NCBI GenBank assembly: GCA_964525635.1
Contig: CAZGJX010000050.1
Location: forward strand, 1-27,933
Origin: an uncultured archaeon
Lineage (GTDB): Archaea; Asgardarchaeota; Lokiarchaeia; Sigyniarchaeales; SOKP01
Reading direction: 5' to 3'
DNA length: 27,933 nt
Numbering within the stretch: the first letter of the stretch is position 1; the number at the start of each line of letters is the position of its first letter. Positions 18,189 to 27,780 of this stretch are shown one piece after another. The notes beneath the pieces are model-generated. The model was not told where the DNA came from, did not search any database, and was given only the letters and a program-made list of their open reading frames with translations. The position numbers and the translations under genes were made by a program.

Positions 18189-18623
18189 TTGGTTGCATTT
18201 CATTGGTCGGAACTTAAAAGCGTTGATAAGAAGGTCTTAAGCGATTTAATGAGAAATTTAGAATGGTTAGAAAGTTCTACGGATTTAGAGGGTACAGCTA
18301 TAGTTTCAAAAACAGGTTTAAGAGTTGCTAGTTCCGAAACAGCTGATCTTACAGCAGATATATACAGTGCAAGTCCTGCTACATTAATATCATTAGGAGA
18401 AAAAATAAGTACTGGTCTAGAACAAGGAGATTTACAAGAGATAGTTATAAGAGGGACTCACGGATACACGATCATAGTGGTAGGCGCGAAGGAGAATAGT
18501 TTTATGCTCTTTACAAATTGTAAAAAAGGATATAAACTCGGTTACTATTTTCATAAAATTAGAAAAGCATTTAGAATAATGGAACCATTATTAAAACAAA
18601 TAGAAAAGCAAGAAAAACACTGA
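18189..18623 (+). CDS. Roadblock/LC7 domain protein
   Basis: LEGTAIVSKTGL.VAS..LISLGEKI..L.QG.LQEIVIRG..GY, LG motif; TTG start after GAGGT. Confidence 0.85.
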   Translation: MVAFHWSELKSVDKKVLSDLMRNLEWLESSTDLEGTAIVSKTGLRVASSETADLTADIYSASPATLISLGEKISTGLEQGDLQEIVIRGTHGYTIIVVGAKENSFMLFTNCKKGYKLGYYFHKIRKAFRIMEPLLKQIEKQEKH

Positions 18624-18695
18624 TCTGTTTTAATTATTACAGATTATTTATTGATATATTCAATATATTTCTATTTTTGCCATAAATACCTAAAG

Positions 18696-19322
18696 TTATT
18701 TTATTTGAATTTTCGAGATTTTCAAATTTTGTTCATCAATAACAAAATCTTCAAAAACAGTAGGAACTTTCTCTTTAAAAATCTTTAATATTTCAATAAC
18801 TAATTTTCTAATTTCCCATTGCGCTGCTTTTTCTCCCCTTATTTTTATTATATGTCTCCATTCTCTAAGATTAGCAGTAATAACCATTTGGGTTGTTGTC
18901 GCATTGGGTAAAATATATCTAGCATCTTCTTTTTTGATTCCTAATTCTCTTAATTTTTGGTAATTTGTTTGAATATCTTTCATTAATTGTATAAAAATAT
19001 TATGAGCTTCAGAATTAACACTAATGTCATTAGGTTCAATATATTTATACTTTTTTTCATTAACATATCTTTGGGATTGTTGAGTTATGGAACAAAATCG
19101 ATGTCGGACGAGTTGATGTGATAAAGCTCTTGATATTTCTGAAATTTGAAAAGTAGCATTCGTATGTTCCAAAACAGACTCATGTCCATTTTTAATAATC
19201 ATTCTAATAAACTTCTTTTCACTTCCAGGTTTTTGTTTATCAAATGATAAATATGATGTTCTTCCAGCCATTTCAATTAATTTTTCCGCGTTAAGACTTA
19301 AACTTAAACATTCAACCTTCAT
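18696..19322 (-). CDS. thyX: FAD-dependent thymidylate synthase
   Basis: GHESVLEH, SRALSHQLVRHR..S..QQSQRYV, EDARYILP, NLREWRH, AQWEIR. Confidence 0.96.
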   Translation of the reverse strand: MKVECLSLSLNAEKLIEMAGRTSYLSFDKQKPGSEKKFIRMIIKNGHESVLEHTNATFQISEISRALSHQLVRHRFCSITQQSQRYVNEKKYKYIEPNDISVNSEAHNIFIQLMKDIQTNYQKLRELGIKKEDARYILPNATTTQMVITANLREWRHIIKIRGEKAAQWEIRKLVIEILKIFKEKVPTVFEDFVIDEQNLKISKIQIK

Positions 19323-19404
19323 AGTTTTTCACTATATTATCTAATAAAAGAAATATTAAAAATATAAGTACAGTGTATTTTATTTCTAATAGTTATCTTT
19401 ATAA

Positions 19405-19938
19405 TTAATACTCGATGCCATACCGGGCAATTATGCCTTGAGAAGAATAATAATGTTTAATCATTTTCATTTCTGTGATTAGGTCAGCAATTTCTCTTAA
19501 TTTTGGATGGATTTTTCCTCCTCCAGTAAGAATTAATTCTACCTTCCCTGGTTTTTTTTCAATCAATTTCATTACATCATCAATAGAAACAACTCCCATT
19601 TCAATGGCTACTCCAATCTCATCCAAAATAATGATATCATATTCTTTTTCACTAAATACGCTTTCAACGAACATTATAGCTTTTTTCGCTTCTTCTAAAT
19701 CAATATTTCTAGGAGCAATTATAAGATCTTTTGTTCCAAATTGTTTTACTTCAAAATAAGGATTCTTCTTTAAAGCTTCAATTTCACCATATTTTGTATC
19801 CCCCTTCATAAATTGAATCATTAATACTCTAAATCCATGACCTGTTGCTCGGAGTCCTTGTCCTATTGCCGCAGTTGTCTTTCCTTTACCACGCCCCCAA
19901 TATACCTGAATTAATCCTTTTTTTAATCCTTTCATCAT
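19405..19938 (-). CDS. cobO: Cob(I)alamin adenosyltransferase (CobO/BtuR)
   Basis: QVY.G.GKGKTTAA.G, IQFMKG, ILDEI, ELILTG, AD.ITEM..IKH, GIEY. Confidence 0.94.
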   Translation of the reverse strand: MMKGLKKGLIQVYWGRGKGKTTAAIGQGLRATGHGFRVLMIQFMKGDTKYGEIEALKKNPYFEVKQFGTKDLIIAPRNIDLEEAKKAIMFVESVFSEKEYDIIILDEIGVAIEMGVVSIDDVMKLIEKKPGKVELILTGGGKIHPKLREIADLITEMKMIKHYYSSQGIIARYGIEY

Positions 19939-20143
19939 AATATAGGATAGGTTTCCTATATTTTTATACTTTATTGCAATTAAAAAAAACCTTATTCTTA
20001 TGTTATCAATTTGAATTCTTGATAAGGATTATTATAATATTTCTTTGAATAGCATCATTTGATATACTGGTTGAAATTAATTAATTCATAATAATTTTTA
20101 CCATGGAATTAATCCTCAAGAATATATAACAAAGTTAGAGGAT

Positions 20144-20356
20144 CTAATCACTTAATCTTTTCCAAATCTGCTCAGCACTATATATCGAAAAGTAAAGTGT
20201 CCACATAGCAAATATTCCCAACATCACAGCATCGGTGTATGCTAGAAAAGGATTATTTGATATATTGGTTGAACCATACAATATTATAAATATAGCTATA
20301 ATTAAATCAATTATAAAACCAATAATAATTGCAAAGGCCTTTTTCAAATTGGCCAC
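20144..20356 (-). CDS. Small two-TM membrane protein
   Basis: 70-aa ORF with two hydrophobic helices and a GTG start. Confidence 0.6.
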   Translation of the reverse strand: MANLKKAFAIIIGFIIDLIIAIFIILYGSTNISNNPFLAYTDAVMLGIFAMWTLYFSIYSAEQIWKRLSD

Positions 20357-20545
20357 CTTCTTCTATTATTTAATATAGCTTTTTTTTTTTAATTAAGATT
20401 TTTGAAAAATAAAAATATAACTTTAAAATTAGAGATAGAATTTAAAAAGAAATATAGAGAACATGATTCTTCTTGCCTAAGAAAAGAATTTTCTTCATTT
20501 AAAAAATTGTAATTATAACTAGAATAAAAAATATTTAGAAATAAT

Positions 20546-21028
20546 TTATTTTTTGGGAAAGAGATAAGTTACTTTCCCCCCTGCTTTTTTAATTTTATCT
20601 AAAGCATTTTTAGAAGCTTTTTTAACACTAACATTTACTTTTTTATTTATATTTCCACGACCAAGAATTTTTTGAATATTTAGATCATCTAAATTGATTA
20701 TGTACGTATTCCCAGACTTACTCGCCTTATCTTGTTTTACGAATTCTTCGAGTTTTAAATCTAGTTCCCTAATATTTATTGTATTTACCTGAGAAATTCG
20801 AACTACATCTTGAGGGCGTTTAAACCCTGTCTTTCCAATATCCCAATCAGGGTCAGGAAATCCCAGTTCTTTTTGTTTGAGATAGTAACTTTTCTTACTT
20901 TTTTTCCATCCTGTAGTTTTACCCTTTCCTGCTCTTTGACCTGCTTTTCTATGTTGGCCCACGCGACCATAACCAATAGTTCTTGTTCCTCTCTTATCAC
21001 GTATTTTTTTTTTATATTTTACAGTCAT
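20546..21028 (-). CDS. rpl15: 50S ribosomal protein uL15
   Basis: RGTRT.GYGRVGQHRKAG, GK.GF.RP, KILG.G, A..KI..AGG. Confidence 0.95.
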   Translation of the reverse strand: MTVKYKKKIRDKRGTRTIGYGRVGQHRKAGQRAGKGKTTGWKKSKKSYYLKQKELGFPDPDWDIGKTGFKRPQDVVRISQVNTINIRELDLKLEEFVKQDKASKSGNTYIINLDDLNIQKILGRGNINKKVNVSVKKASKNALDKIKKAGGKVTYLFPKK

Positions 21029-21041
21029 AAATAATCCCTCA

Positions 21042-21578
21042 CTAAATCATTCTGAAAATTAATTCATTAATAAAAACACTAACATAACCAAGAGTTCCTC
21101 CTTCATTATAATGTTTTTTAATTGAACCACGATGTCCCTTTATAGGAGGATGTAGTCTAAAAACGGGTTTTATTTTATGAAGATATTTAGGATTATATTT
21201 AATTTTACCATCGTATATATCTTTTGCAAATTCTTTAATGTTTTTATAATCAGTAAGATTCCTTATATGCTCATCTGTAAGTGGTTTATTACCTTCAATT
21301 TTACCTCTTACTCTTAAAAGTCTTACTAATGTTTTCTCATGTATTTCACCAAAAGCAATGTAATCCTTACATTTTTGAAGCATCCCATAAATAGGTTTTT
21401 CTCCCCAGAGTAAAACACCATGATTAACTTTATGCATCCTTAACATTTTTAATGTATCATTTATTTTTGTGTTTTTACCTGGTGCTCCTCTAATCCGGAT
21501 TGCAAAATATAACTTAGGAATAAATTCTACGTGTTTCAATTTTAACTTCTTTTTACTCAAATTTTCTACCATAACCAT
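21042..21578 (-). CDS. rpl30: 50S ribosomal protein uL30
   Basis: AIRIRG, DTLKMLR.HKVNH, FRLHPP.KG; operon position. Confidence 0.95.
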   Translation of the reverse strand: MVMVENLSKKKLKLKHVEFIPKLYFAIRIRGAPGKNTKINDTLKMLRMHKVNHGVLLWGEKPIYGMLQKCKDYIAFGEIHEKTLVRLLRVRGKIEGNKPLTDEHIRNLTDYKNIKEFAKDIYDGKIKYNPKYLHKIKPVFRLHPPIKGHRGSIKKHYNEGGTLGYVSVFINELIFRMI

Positions 21579-21594
21579 TTACACACCACTTAAA

Positions 21595-22221
21595 TTAGAT
21601 ATTAAAACAATATTTATGAGCATTTTTAAGAGCATCGAAGGTTGCTTTAACTAAATTTTCACTAGTTCTAGTATCACCAAAAGTTTTACTCCATATATCT
21701 TCAATTCCTGCAAGTTTTAATACTTGTTTTACCTTATCTGCACATGCTAAACCTACTCCTGCTGGTGAAGGAATTAATCTAATTCTAACAGATCCACATT
21801 TTCCTTGAATTTTAAATGGAATACTATGGTTTCCTCCACATCCACATTCCTTACTACCACAACCTCTCTTTATTGGAACTATAGATAATTTAGCTTTATC
21901 AATAGCTTTTCTTATGGCTGGACCAACTTCTTTACTCTTCGCAGAACCAACACCTAAAAAACCATCTGCTCCAACAATGACAACTGCTTTAAATCTTGAT
22001 TTTTGACCAGAAGCTGTCATTTGCTGAACCATTGCAATTTTTATAACTTCATCTTTGATCTGTGGAAGAAGAGTATCTATAATCTCAGTCTCCTTTACAA
22101 TAAGATTGTTCTGGAAAATCTTATCCAATGTAATTAGTCCTTGCTGTACTAATTCACCAAGTTTAGTTCGTGGGTTCCAAATAACTTCAACACTTTTTCG
22201 ACGATTACTCATAATTCTCAT
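21595..22221 (-). CDS. rps5: 30S ribosomal protein uS5
   Basis: W.PRTKLG, RGCGS.EC.C, GKCGSV, GIEDIWS. Confidence 0.96.
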   Translation of the reverse strand: MRIMSNRRKSVEVIWNPRTKLGELVQQGLITLDKIFQNNLIVKETEIIDTLLPQIKDEVIKIAMVQQMTASGQKSRFKAVVIVGADGFLGVGSAKSKEVGPAIRKAIDKAKLSIVPIKRGCGSKECGCGGNHSIPFKIQGKCGSVRIRLIPSPAGVGLACADKVKQVLKLAGIEDIWSKTFGDTRTSENLVKATFDALKNAHKYCFNI

Positions 22222-22817
22222 CTTTTAATTTGACTTTCAATTTTTTGGAGAGATTTTTTGACAATTTCTGAAAATCTCTCTGGATTTATATTATCCTTAT
22301 TAATATACCTAGAAAATATTTTTTGATATTTATCTGAATCTTCTTTTTTTAATAATTTAGCATAATTCTCAATATGAGTCCCTTTAATTCTTTCATTTAA
22401 ATTATTAGGAAAAAACGCCTCATTATAAGGGATTTCTACTCCTGCATCAAGAACTCCTTTAAAGGCAGCTAATACTCGATTTCTATGAAGAAAAATACCT
22501 AAATCAAGAATGGCTTCTTTTACACCTTTATTTTTTGCTTGTAATCCTGCTAAATACCCTGTAAGATATGCAGCAGGAATATTTCCAGTGTTCCCATTCC
22601 AATCAAATTTTTTTATCAATTCATTAGAATTGGAAGCAATTAATATTTTATCACCTTTATATTTAGACTCAATAAATTGAACAATAATATGATTATTTGA
22701 GGCTCTGATAACAGTCCTTATCTTTTTTGATATTATCAATTTTAATCTTCTATGATAATTTGTTTTTCCTTCTGCTCTTCTTCTTAACGGTTTTGAAAAT
22801 CTAGGTCCTTTTGCCAT
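22218..22817 (-). CDS. rpl18: 50S ribosomal protein uL18
   Basis: RRR.EGKTNY.RRL, GN.PAAYLTG, G.HI..YA. Confidence 0.96.
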   Translation of the reverse strand: MAKGPRFSKPLRRRAEGKTNYHRRLKLIISKKIRTVIRASNNHIIVQFIESKYKGDKILIASNSNELIKKFDWNGNTGNIPAAYLTGYLAGLQAKNKGVKEAILDLGIFLHRNRVLAAFKGVLDAGVEIPYNEAFFPNNLNERIKGTHIENYAKLLKKEDSDKYQKIFSRYINKDNINPERFSEIVKKSLQKIESQIKR

Positions 22818-22818
22818 C

Positions 22819-23283
22819 TTATTTCTTCCTCCTGCCTCTTATAATTAATTCTTTTTCATCAATATATCTATTAATATGAGCAACGCTATGGAACATTCCT
22901 CCTTTAGCGTTTTTATATAATTTTCGATAATTAGTTTTTGAGATTAATTTCCTATCTCTTAATTTTTTAAGTTCTCTACGGATTGGACGGATTCTTTTTA
23001 TCCAGGCTCTTTTTTTTGGAGTTCTAGCAGTTTTTTTACCTTTTCTTTTACCTATACCAGTACCTCTGCCTTTTTTCTTACGTTCATGATTTTTGTTTTT
23101 TCTGTAATTTGATATTCCTTTTTTATATTTCTTTCGTATCACACCTTCTTTTATCAAATTTCTAATATCTTCTCTGGTAATTGCCATCTTGATCTCATCA
23201 ATTAAATAAGGATCAAAATAGACTCTATTCTCTCCACAATCCAATATATCTGCTGCGATACGCTTTTGTGCATTTAATTTCAT
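22819..23283 (-). CDS. rpl19e: 50S ribosomal protein eL19
   Basis: QKRIAA.IL.CG.NRV..DP, AITREDIR.LI, G.RKGKK.AR. Confidence 0.96.
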   Translation of the reverse strand: MKLNAQKRIAADILDCGENRVYFDPYLIDEIKMAITREDIRNLIKEGVIRKKYKKGISNYRKNKNHERKKKGRGTGIGKRKGKKTARTPKKRAWIKRIRPIRRELKKLRDRKLISKTNYRKLYKNAKGGMFHSVAHINRYIDEKELIIRGRRKK

Positions 23284-23348
23284 ATTTATTACCTTACAGA
23301 CAATTTTATTTTCTTATTATATAATTCATTTTATTCTAATTAGGAATT

Positions 23349-23801
23349 TTAATCCTCATCTTCAAGTTCAGGTACGCTTGTGTCTAAAATACTTTCTAAT
23401 TCTTCTAGTTCTTTTTGTGAAACTCCAAGATTTAATATTTTAAATCCTCTTCTTTGAGCATATTCAATTAATTTTATTCTCTTTCTTGCACCTAATCTAC
23501 TAGCAACTTTAATTGCATGCTTTTTTGGACTTAATCCTTCTAAATCCTTTATTGTTATAACATTTATTTCTTCAAATCCTGAAGGGTGTAACCCTCTTAT
23601 TGATTTTGGAGCTCTATATCCTACTGAGGGAGATTTTACTCCTGATTTTGATTTTATTCTTGTTCTTGAATCAATACCTCTTGCTTTTCTCCAAGAATCT
23701 TTAACCCTTTTATAACGCCATGATTCTACCCTTCTGAATTTAGGGCGCTTTTTTTTCATTTTTTTTCGAAGTTCCAATAAATTTTTCTTATTTTGTACCA
23801 T
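23349..23801 (-). CDS. rpl32e: 50S ribosomal protein eL32
   Basis: P.FRR.ES, WRKARGIDS, RGLHPSG. Confidence 0.96.
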   Translation of the reverse strand: MVQNKKNLLELRKKMKKKRPKFRRVESWRYKRVKDSWRKARGIDSRTRIKSKSGVKSPSVGYRAPKSIRGLHPSGFEEINVITIKDLEGLSPKKHAIKVASRLGARKRIKLIEYAQRRGFKILNLGVSQKELEELESILDTSVPELEDED

Positions 23802-23825
23802 AATTTAACACTTTTTAACTATTAT

Positions 23826-24410
23826 TTATTTTATTTGCCATAAAATTTCATCTCCACGCAAGATTTTGTATAAGTATACTCCATCTTGGAAAATACGTGG
23901 ATCTTTTTTTCGAATACGACAAATCTTTTTAAGGTCGGCCGCAATTTGTCCTAATACTTCTTTATCGACACCTATGAAGTATACATCCTCTCCATCTACT
24001 TCCACAGTGATCTTTTCAGGATTATATTTAATTTTTCTAGGAGCTCTTTCTCCCAAAAAATTAACAACATGAATTTCTTTATTTTTTGATTTCACTTCTA
24101 CAGAACAAGGAAAATGTGAATAACAAACTTTTGAAACATATTTATAATTCTCAAGAACTCCTTTAATTAAATTATTTATAATATTGATAAGCGTATTTGC
24201 GAGTGCTACAGTCGAACCTTGAGGAAAATTAGCTGAGAAGATGAGTTTATTATTCTCCTTCAATATATTTATCCCTCTAATATGAGAAAAATCTTTAGAG
24301 ATGGGTCCACCTTTGGGTCCCTTTATTGTTATGTGATTATCTCCTTCTAATGTAATTTCAACATCTTTTGGGATTTCCAATTGTTCTTTAAAAAAGGCTA
24401 TTTTTACCAT
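23826..24410 (-). CDS. rpl6: 50S ribosomal protein uL6
   Basis: KGPKG, YSHFP, NFLGER, KDPRIFQDGVY. Confidence 0.96.
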   Translation of the reverse strand: MVKIAFFKEQLEIPKDVEITLEGDNHITIKGPKGGPISKDFSHIRGINILKENNKLIFSANFPQGSTVALANTLINIINNLIKGVLENYKYVSKVCYSHFPCSVEVKSKNKEIHVVNFLGERAPRKIKYNPEKITVEVDGEDVYFIGVDKEVLGQIAADLKKICRIRKKDPRIFQDGVYLYKILRGDEILWQIK

Positions 24411-24907
24411 GTACAATCACAATTTAATTAATTTGCATATCTTTTCTATCGTGCATAATTATAATAATAATTTCAAACTTATGTGACAAAAATCTAAATT
24501 AACTTACTCAAAATCGATCCTTGTAAATGTTAGTAGTAGAAGATTAAATTTTAATTTTATGATAAAAATTCTTAAAAGATTTCTAAAGGATAAAGTTTTT
24601 AAGTGAATTTTCGCGAAAGATTGAAAAATTTCTTAATTGTATCTTTAAAAAAAAAGGAAGAATAAAATAGAAATTGAATTGGTTTTTATATAAAAATCAT
24701 ATCTTATTATTTATTTGAGTATCAGCTTTCAAATAAATGATTTTTCTTTTAAAAAGTTGATAATAAAAATAGTGATTATTTACTATTATTCTGTCTTAAA
24801 ACTTTTTAGATTAAATTAATAAAAATATTATTTATTCAACAGGAAAATACTAAATAAAAATAAGTTAAAAAGAATTTGTTATATCTAATGAAAATTAAAA
24901 AAGCTTC

Positions 24908-25291
24908 CTAAAAAATAAAGCATAATGTCATACCACCAATTCCCTTTTCTTCTGCTTCTTGCATAGTCATTATTCCTTGATTGGTGGTAAAAACTATAGT
25001 TCCTAAACCAGGAGCGGGTAGTAATTTTCTTTCAAGAGTTTCAAATTGATCCACTCTTAGGTTTAATCTTATTAAAGCTTTACATTCATTTATTCTTCCT
25101 AGAAGGGCAATTTTAAATTTTCCTTGCCTTCCATCATCATATCTTTCAAATTCACCAATATATGCATGTTGTTGGAATATTCGAAGAATGCGTTGGATTA
25201 ATTTAGAAGCAGGACTAATAATAACTTCTTTTTGACGTGCTCTTTCAGCATTTTTTATAGCAACCATTGCATCTGCTAATGTATTTACCAT
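24908..25291 (-). CDS. rps8: 30S ribosomal protein uS8
   Basis: LADAM..IKNAE, PASKL, YIGEFE..DDGR.G, GRINEC. Confidence 0.96.
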   Translation of the reverse strand: MVNTLADAMVAIKNAERARQKEVIISPASKLIQRILRIFQQHAYIGEFERYDDGRQGKFKIALLGRINECKALIRLNLRVDQFETLERKLLPAPGLGTIVFTTNQGIMTMQEAEEKGIGGMTLCFIF

Positions 25292-25329
25292 ATCAATTCA
25301 CTTTATCAACATTTTTTATTTTTAATAAA

Positions 25330-25476
25330 TTAATCAAATCTGCAGAAACCAATATCCTTTCCAATTTCATAAAAACATCTTCTACAAATATAAAGCCCAT
25401 ATCTTCTTATTAAACCTCGATGGGTACCACAACGCCTACAGGCTCTTTGACCTTTACCATGACTTCCTTGAGGAAT
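25330..25476 (-). CDS. rps14: 30S ribosomal protein uS14 (zinc-binding), probable ATT start; missed by the ORF track
   Basis: (M)PQGSHGKGQRACRRCGTHRGLIRRYGLYICRRCFYEIGKDIGFCRFD*, located between uL5 and uS8. Confidence 0.93.
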   Translation of the reverse strand: MPQGSHGKGQRACRRCGTHRGLIRRYGLYICRRCFYEIGKDIGFCRFD

Positions 25477-25529
25477 TTTAATTCACCAAATACTTTATTT
25501 ATATATTTTAATTTTTATTTTAATTTATT

Positions 25530-26120
25530 TTACAAATATTCTAATTCTAATTTCTTTACGATTTTTACTTTAAAAAATTTTTCAAGGAAATATTTTGTTT
25601 CATCTCGAGAAACATAATGATATCTTGGAATTTTTGCTCTATGGGCTTTTCGATATTTTATTCTCATTCCAGGTCTGACAACTCTACCACAAACATCAAG
25701 ACCCCAAATACCGATTAAATTATCATATTCTACACTAGGTATCGTAATATGTTCAACAATTCCAAATCCGAAATTACCATAATTATCAAAACTTTTCCTC
25801 ATGATTCTATTATTATGAACTATCAAAAGTCTTTTAAGAAGCTTTTCTGCTTCTTCTCCTCTCAATGTAACTTTTACACCAATAGGACGTCCTTTTCTTA
25901 AATTGAATTCTTTAATATTCTTTTTTGAAAGCATCTTTTGTGGTTCTTTTCCAGAAATAGTCTTTAAAACCATAGAGGCACGTTCTAATTCTTCACCACC
26001 AGTTCCTACTCCGATATTTAATACTAATTTTTCTAAATAAGGTTTTTTCATTGGATTATTCCATTTTTCATCATATACATTATTTATTGCTTGTTTTTTC
26101 TTTTTACTTTCTATAGTCAT
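25530..26120 (-). CDS. rpl5: 50S ribosomal protein uL5
   Basis: NPM..P..EK.VLNIGVG, IG.KVTLRG, FD..GNF.FGI.EHI. Confidence 0.96.
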   Translation of the reverse strand: MTIESKKKKQAINNVYDEKWNNPMKKPYLEKLVLNIGVGTGGEELERASMVLKTISGKEPQKMLSKKNIKEFNLRKGRPIGVKVTLRGEEAEKLLKRLLIVHNNRIMRKSFDNYGNFGFGIVEHITIPSVEYDNLIGIWGLDVCGRVVRPGMRIKYRKAHRAKIPRYHYVSRDETKYFLEKFFKVKIVKKLELEYL

Positions 26121-26145
26121 AATTTTTCACTTCAATTCTTTATTT

Positions 26146-26895
26146 CTATTTATTTGGTAAGCTTATTTCTGATTGTTTTTCTCCTATTATAAAAGTATAA
26201 TCATATAATGTCTCTGTTAAATCTCCATTTTGTTCAATGGATACTGTACTAGCATTAGGGCCAAATCTTTTCTTTATTTCTAAAATATTTCCTACTTGAC
26301 CAATATTTTTTCCATCCACGATTATTGCTAAATTATTTTTCTCAAATTTTAATGAATTTAAAATTTGTTTTTCTGGTAGTGATATTTTTAAAATATCCAT
26401 TCTTTTGTAGGTATCTTCTTTTGGTTCTTGAGGATTTTTTACATTTATCAAAATATTTTTTCCATCATGAAGATTTAGTTGTATATTACCACCTTTAACT
26501 GTGGTTTTTCCATTAATTCTACATAGCTTGAAGAGACTCTCTTTTTCTGGAATTTCGTGAAGAATTAATCCATGATGAGAATCAGGTAGAATTCTATAAT
26601 TTTTATTTATTTTATCAATAGATAAAACATCCATTAAACCAACAGGATAAGATTTATCCTTAATTACTTTACCATCTACTTTAAAATATCCAAGTCCAAT
26701 TAATTTTTTTGCTTCCCTATGAGTATCTACTATTTTTAATAGATCTCTTATTATATGAATTAAGGGCAAACAAAATTTCTTTTTGTGTGGTCCTGGAGAT
26801 GGATTAACGAAAAAAGTTCCATGTTTTCTTTTAATCTGTAAATGTTTTCCTGTATTTAACCTTTTTAAAACCTTTTGGCTACCATGTCGTGTCAT
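26146..26895 (-). CDS. rps4e: 30S ribosomal protein eS4
   Basis: LKRL, PSPGPH, VDGK..D..YPVGLMDV, QLNLHDG.N. Confidence 0.96.
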   Translation of the reverse strand: MTRHGSQKVLKRLNTGKHLQIKRKHGTFFVNPSPGPHKKKFCLPLIHIIRDLLKIVDTHREAKKLIGLGYFKVDGKVIKDKSYPVGLMDVLSIDKINKNYRILPDSHHGLILHEIPEKESLFKLCRINGKTTVKGGNIQLNLHDGKNILINVKNPQEPKEDTYKRMDILKISLPEKQILNSLKFEKNNLAIIVDGKNIGQVGNILEIKKRFGPNASTVSIEQNGDLTETLYDYTFIIGEKQSEISLPNK

Positions 26896-27333
26896 TTACT
26901 CTGCATTCACCTCTTTTTCTTTCTTAGGTCCTCTTAATTCCTCCTTCCAATCAAATCCAAAAACAGATTTCCTGTCTATCATGGAAACACGCCATTGATC
27001 CATATCTTTTCCTTCTTTTTTAAACTTTGTTATTATTAGATTTGAAATATGAATGCCTGGATTCCATTCAGTTCCATCTGCTTTTTGAAATGCAGCTTCT
27101 TTAATTTTAGCTCGTATATTTTTTGATATACTAATTACTTCACCCTCAAAATCTTTGAATTCCCCTGAGATTACACGTACCTGATCTCCAACTCTCAGAG
27201 GAAGTCTTTTTACACCATATTCTTCTTGTAGAAAATCAGCTAATCGAGTATTTAATAATTTTGATTTTTGATGATTTTTATATGTGTATAGTGCCTTTCT
27301 TTGTTTTTTAGGTTTTTTAGATTTTACTTTCAT
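26896..27333 (-). CDS. rpl24: 50S ribosomal protein uL24
   Basis: SKKPKKQRK, LRVGD.VRVISG.FK..EG.V, K.DG...IH.SN. Confidence 0.95.
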   Translation of the reverse strand: MKVKSKKPKKQRKALYTYKNHQKSKLLNTRLADFLQEEYGVKRLPLRVGDQVRVISGEFKDFEGEVISISKNIRAKIKEAAFQKADGTEWNPGIHISNLIITKFKKEGKDMDQWRVSMIDRKSVFGFDWKEELRGPKKEKEVNAE

Positions 27334-27354
27334 AATAAACACTTTCTATTATTT

Positions 27355-27780
27355 TTATATTATTAATGATGATATAGATGCTAATCTAGGGAATGTTTCT
27401 GCTGCTTCTCTTGCAATTGGACCTCTAATTTCTGTACCCTTTGGTTCTCCTTCTTTTGAAACAATAACTCCAGCATTATCCTCAAAACATAAACGAGAAC
27501 CATCTAATCGACGGTAAATACGTTTTTGTCTTACAACTACACATTTTAGAATATTACCACGTAATTCTGGTTTTCCTTTTTTAATTGTAACTGTACAAAT
27601 ATCACCTACTGTTGCATGAGGTAATCTTCTTAAACGTGTTTTTGCATGGTCCACGCCAATAATTTTTGCTATTTTCGCTCCAGAATTATCTGTAATTTGG
27701 AGTTTGGAGCCATTACATAGTCCATAACTAGTACGTGGTTTTACTATTTTCTTTCTCCCTAATTTTCTTCGACTCCCCAT
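27355..27780 (-). CDS. rpl14: 50S ribosomal protein uL14
   Basis: DNSGAK, RR.P.A.VGD, KKG.PE.R, FEDNA.VI, GPIAREAA. Confidence 0.96.
   Translation of the reverse strand: MGSRRKLGRKKIVKPRTSYGLCNGSKLQITDNSGAKIAKIIGVDHAKTRLRRLPHATVGDICTVTIKKGKPELRGNILKCVVVRQKRIYRRLDGSRLCFEDNAGVIVSKEGEPKGTEIRGPIAREAAETFPRLASISSLII

Noticed and set aside
3997-27517. Other short overlapping ORFs (3997, 10676, 14971, 15453, 15553, 17575, 19475, 20803, 20810, 21469, 23866, 25420, 26783, 27284)
   Set aside because: All overlap well-supported conserved genes on the opposite strand or in another frame
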